34,874 nucleotides of DNA from Actinomycetota bacterium (GTDB taxonomy: Bacteria > Actinomycetota > Acidimicrobiia > Acidimicrobiales > JACCXE01). Shown here in pieces: positions 33,845 to 34,874 of this stretch. Position 1 is the stretch's first letter. Each line of letters opens with the position of its first letter. Where the stretch lies: assembly GCA_048498715.1 (NCBI GenBank), contig JBEHXL010000025.1, positions 1-34,874 on the forward strand. The letters run 5' to 3'. The position numbers and the translations under genes were made by a program. The notes beneath the pieces are model-generated. The model was not told where the DNA came from and did not search any database. It saw only the letters and a list, made by a program, of their open reading frames with translations.

Positions 33845-34866
33845 TCGAGGGCGCGTCCAGTGAGGGTGAGGAACACGTCCTCCAGGGTGCTGCGCCGCAC
33901 GAAGGCCGAATCGGTGTTGACGCCTTGGCGGCTCAACGCGTCGACCGTGGCGTCGCCGTCGCCGGTGTAGAGCACGATGCGGTCCGTGAGTCGCTCGACT
34001 CGATCGGCCGAGCCGTTGACCCTCTCGTATGCGTGCTGCTGATCGGCGGGGTCGAAGAACCGAAGTTCGACGACTTCCTTGGTCGAGTGCTTCCGTATCA
34101 ACTCTCGGGGGGAGCCTTCAGCGACGATCTTGCCGCCGTCGACGATCACCAGACGGTCGCAGAGTTGCTCGGCCTCGTCCATGTAATGCGTCGTCAGGAC
34201 GATCGTCACGCCTTGTCGCTTGAGTTGGTACAGGCGCTCCCACAGCAGGTGACGAGCCTGGGGGTCGAGACCGGTGGTCGGCTCGTCGAGCAGCAACAGT
34301 TCGGGTGTGTTGATGAGGCCACGGGCAACGGCGAGGCGCCGCTTCATGCCGCCGGACAACGGGTCGACCTTGTCCTTGGCTCGTTCGGCGAGTTGGAAGA
34401 ACGACAACAACTCGTCGGCGCGTTCGCGGATGACCTTCTTGGGCAAGCCGAAGTAGCGGCCGTAGATCAGGAGGTTGTCGAGCACGTCGAGTTCTAGGTC
34501 GAGGTTGTCCTCCTGCGGGACCGAACCGAGTCGCGCCCGAATCTTGGCGCCGTCGACATTCGGATCGAGACCGAGCACGCGCAGTTCGCCGCCGGTGCGC
34601 GGCGACGTGCACGCGATCATCCGCATGGTCGAGCTCTTGCCGGCGCCGTTAGGGCCCAGCAGCCCGAACGTCTCGCCCGCCTCGACGTGCAGATCGATGC
34701 CGTCGACGGCGGTGACCTCGTCGAAGACCTTGGTCAGTCGGAAAGATTCGACGAGGGGCACAAGGGGCGAACTTACGCCGCGGGTGTAGCAGCGACGAAC
34801 GTTTTTCTGACCAAACTTGTGGCGATGGCACACGAGGAAGGTGGCGACCCGGCCTGCTGGGCGCAC
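33841..34866 (-). CDS. ABC transporter ATP-binding protein (DrrA/ABC-2 exporter type)
   Basis: Walker A GPNGAGKSS, signature LSGGMKRRL, Walker B LLLLDEPTTGLD, H-loop TTHYMDEAE. The frame stays open to the window edge. The likely real start is GTG 34761 (VPLVESFRLTKVF...), so the N-terminal ~35 codons of the track ORF are doubtful. Confidence 0.85.
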   Translation of the reverse strand: MRPAGRVATFLVCHRHKFGQKNVRRCYTRGVSSPLVPLVESFRLTKVFDEVTAVDGIDLHVEAGETFGLLGPNGAGKSSTMRMIACTSPRTGGELRVLGLDPNVDGAKIRARLGSVPQEDNLDLELDVLDNLLIYGRYFGLPKKVIRERADELLSFFQLAERAKDKVDPLSGGMKRRLAVARGLINTPELLLLDEPTTGLDPQARHLLWERLYQLKRQGVTIVLTTHYMDEAEQLCDRLVIVDGGKIVAEGSPRELIRKHSTKEVVELRFFDPADQQHAYERVNGSADRVERLTDRIVLYTGDGDATVDALSRQGVNTDSAFVRRSTLEDVFLTLTGRALE

Positions 34867-34874
34867 GTGTTCGA

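Noticed and set aside
1-34874. CRISPR arrays, rRNA, transposases/IS elements
   Set aside because: No regularly spaced direct repeats, no rRNA-like conserved stretches, and no DDE/serine-recombinase-like ORFs were seen on either strand.

Overview
High-GC (~70%) actinobacterial-type chromosomal window, densely coding, with many start/stop overlaps that indicate translational coupling. Supported content follows.

- Proteolytic cluster: a membrane-anchored subtilisin (S8) followed by tldD and pmbA.
- Housekeeping genes: SAM methyltransferase, PHP phosphoesterase, uppP, mtnP (MTA phosphorylase), an FmdB zinc-ribbon protein, plsY, galU, moaC, valS, cysS, a cold-shock protein, an acyl-CoA dehydrogenase and a CoA-transferase.
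- One tRNA-Ala(CGC) with a classic intrinsic terminator.
- A Liv-type branched-chain amino-acid ABC importer. Its substrate-binding protein is divergent from a single 1324-aa ORF that fuses both permeases and both ATPases (LivH-LivM-LivF-LivG order) and ends in a lysine-rich tail.
- A DrrAB/ABC-2-type exporter operon (ATPase plus two permeases) at the 3' end of the window.
- Accessory-looking items:
  - a TasA/camelysin-like (SipW-cognate type) secreted protein immediately downstream of the tRNA;
  - an orphan CpaB/RcpC-like protein;
  - two tandem paralogous small secreted proteins sharing a C-terminal two-cysteine motif;
  - a 754-aa SPFH/flotillin-like protein with a C-terminal Rho-N/HeH-like motif, translationally coupled to an acidic hypothetical protein;
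  - a 59-aa KOW/Tudor-like small ORF missed by the ORF track;
  - a near-identical hairpin element present twice.

The ORF track uses ATG/GTG/TTG starts and longest-ORF calls, so several starts were re-set from sequence. Several very long ORFs are antisense artefacts of high GC and were rejected. No CRISPR array, integrase, transposase or rRNA is visible.
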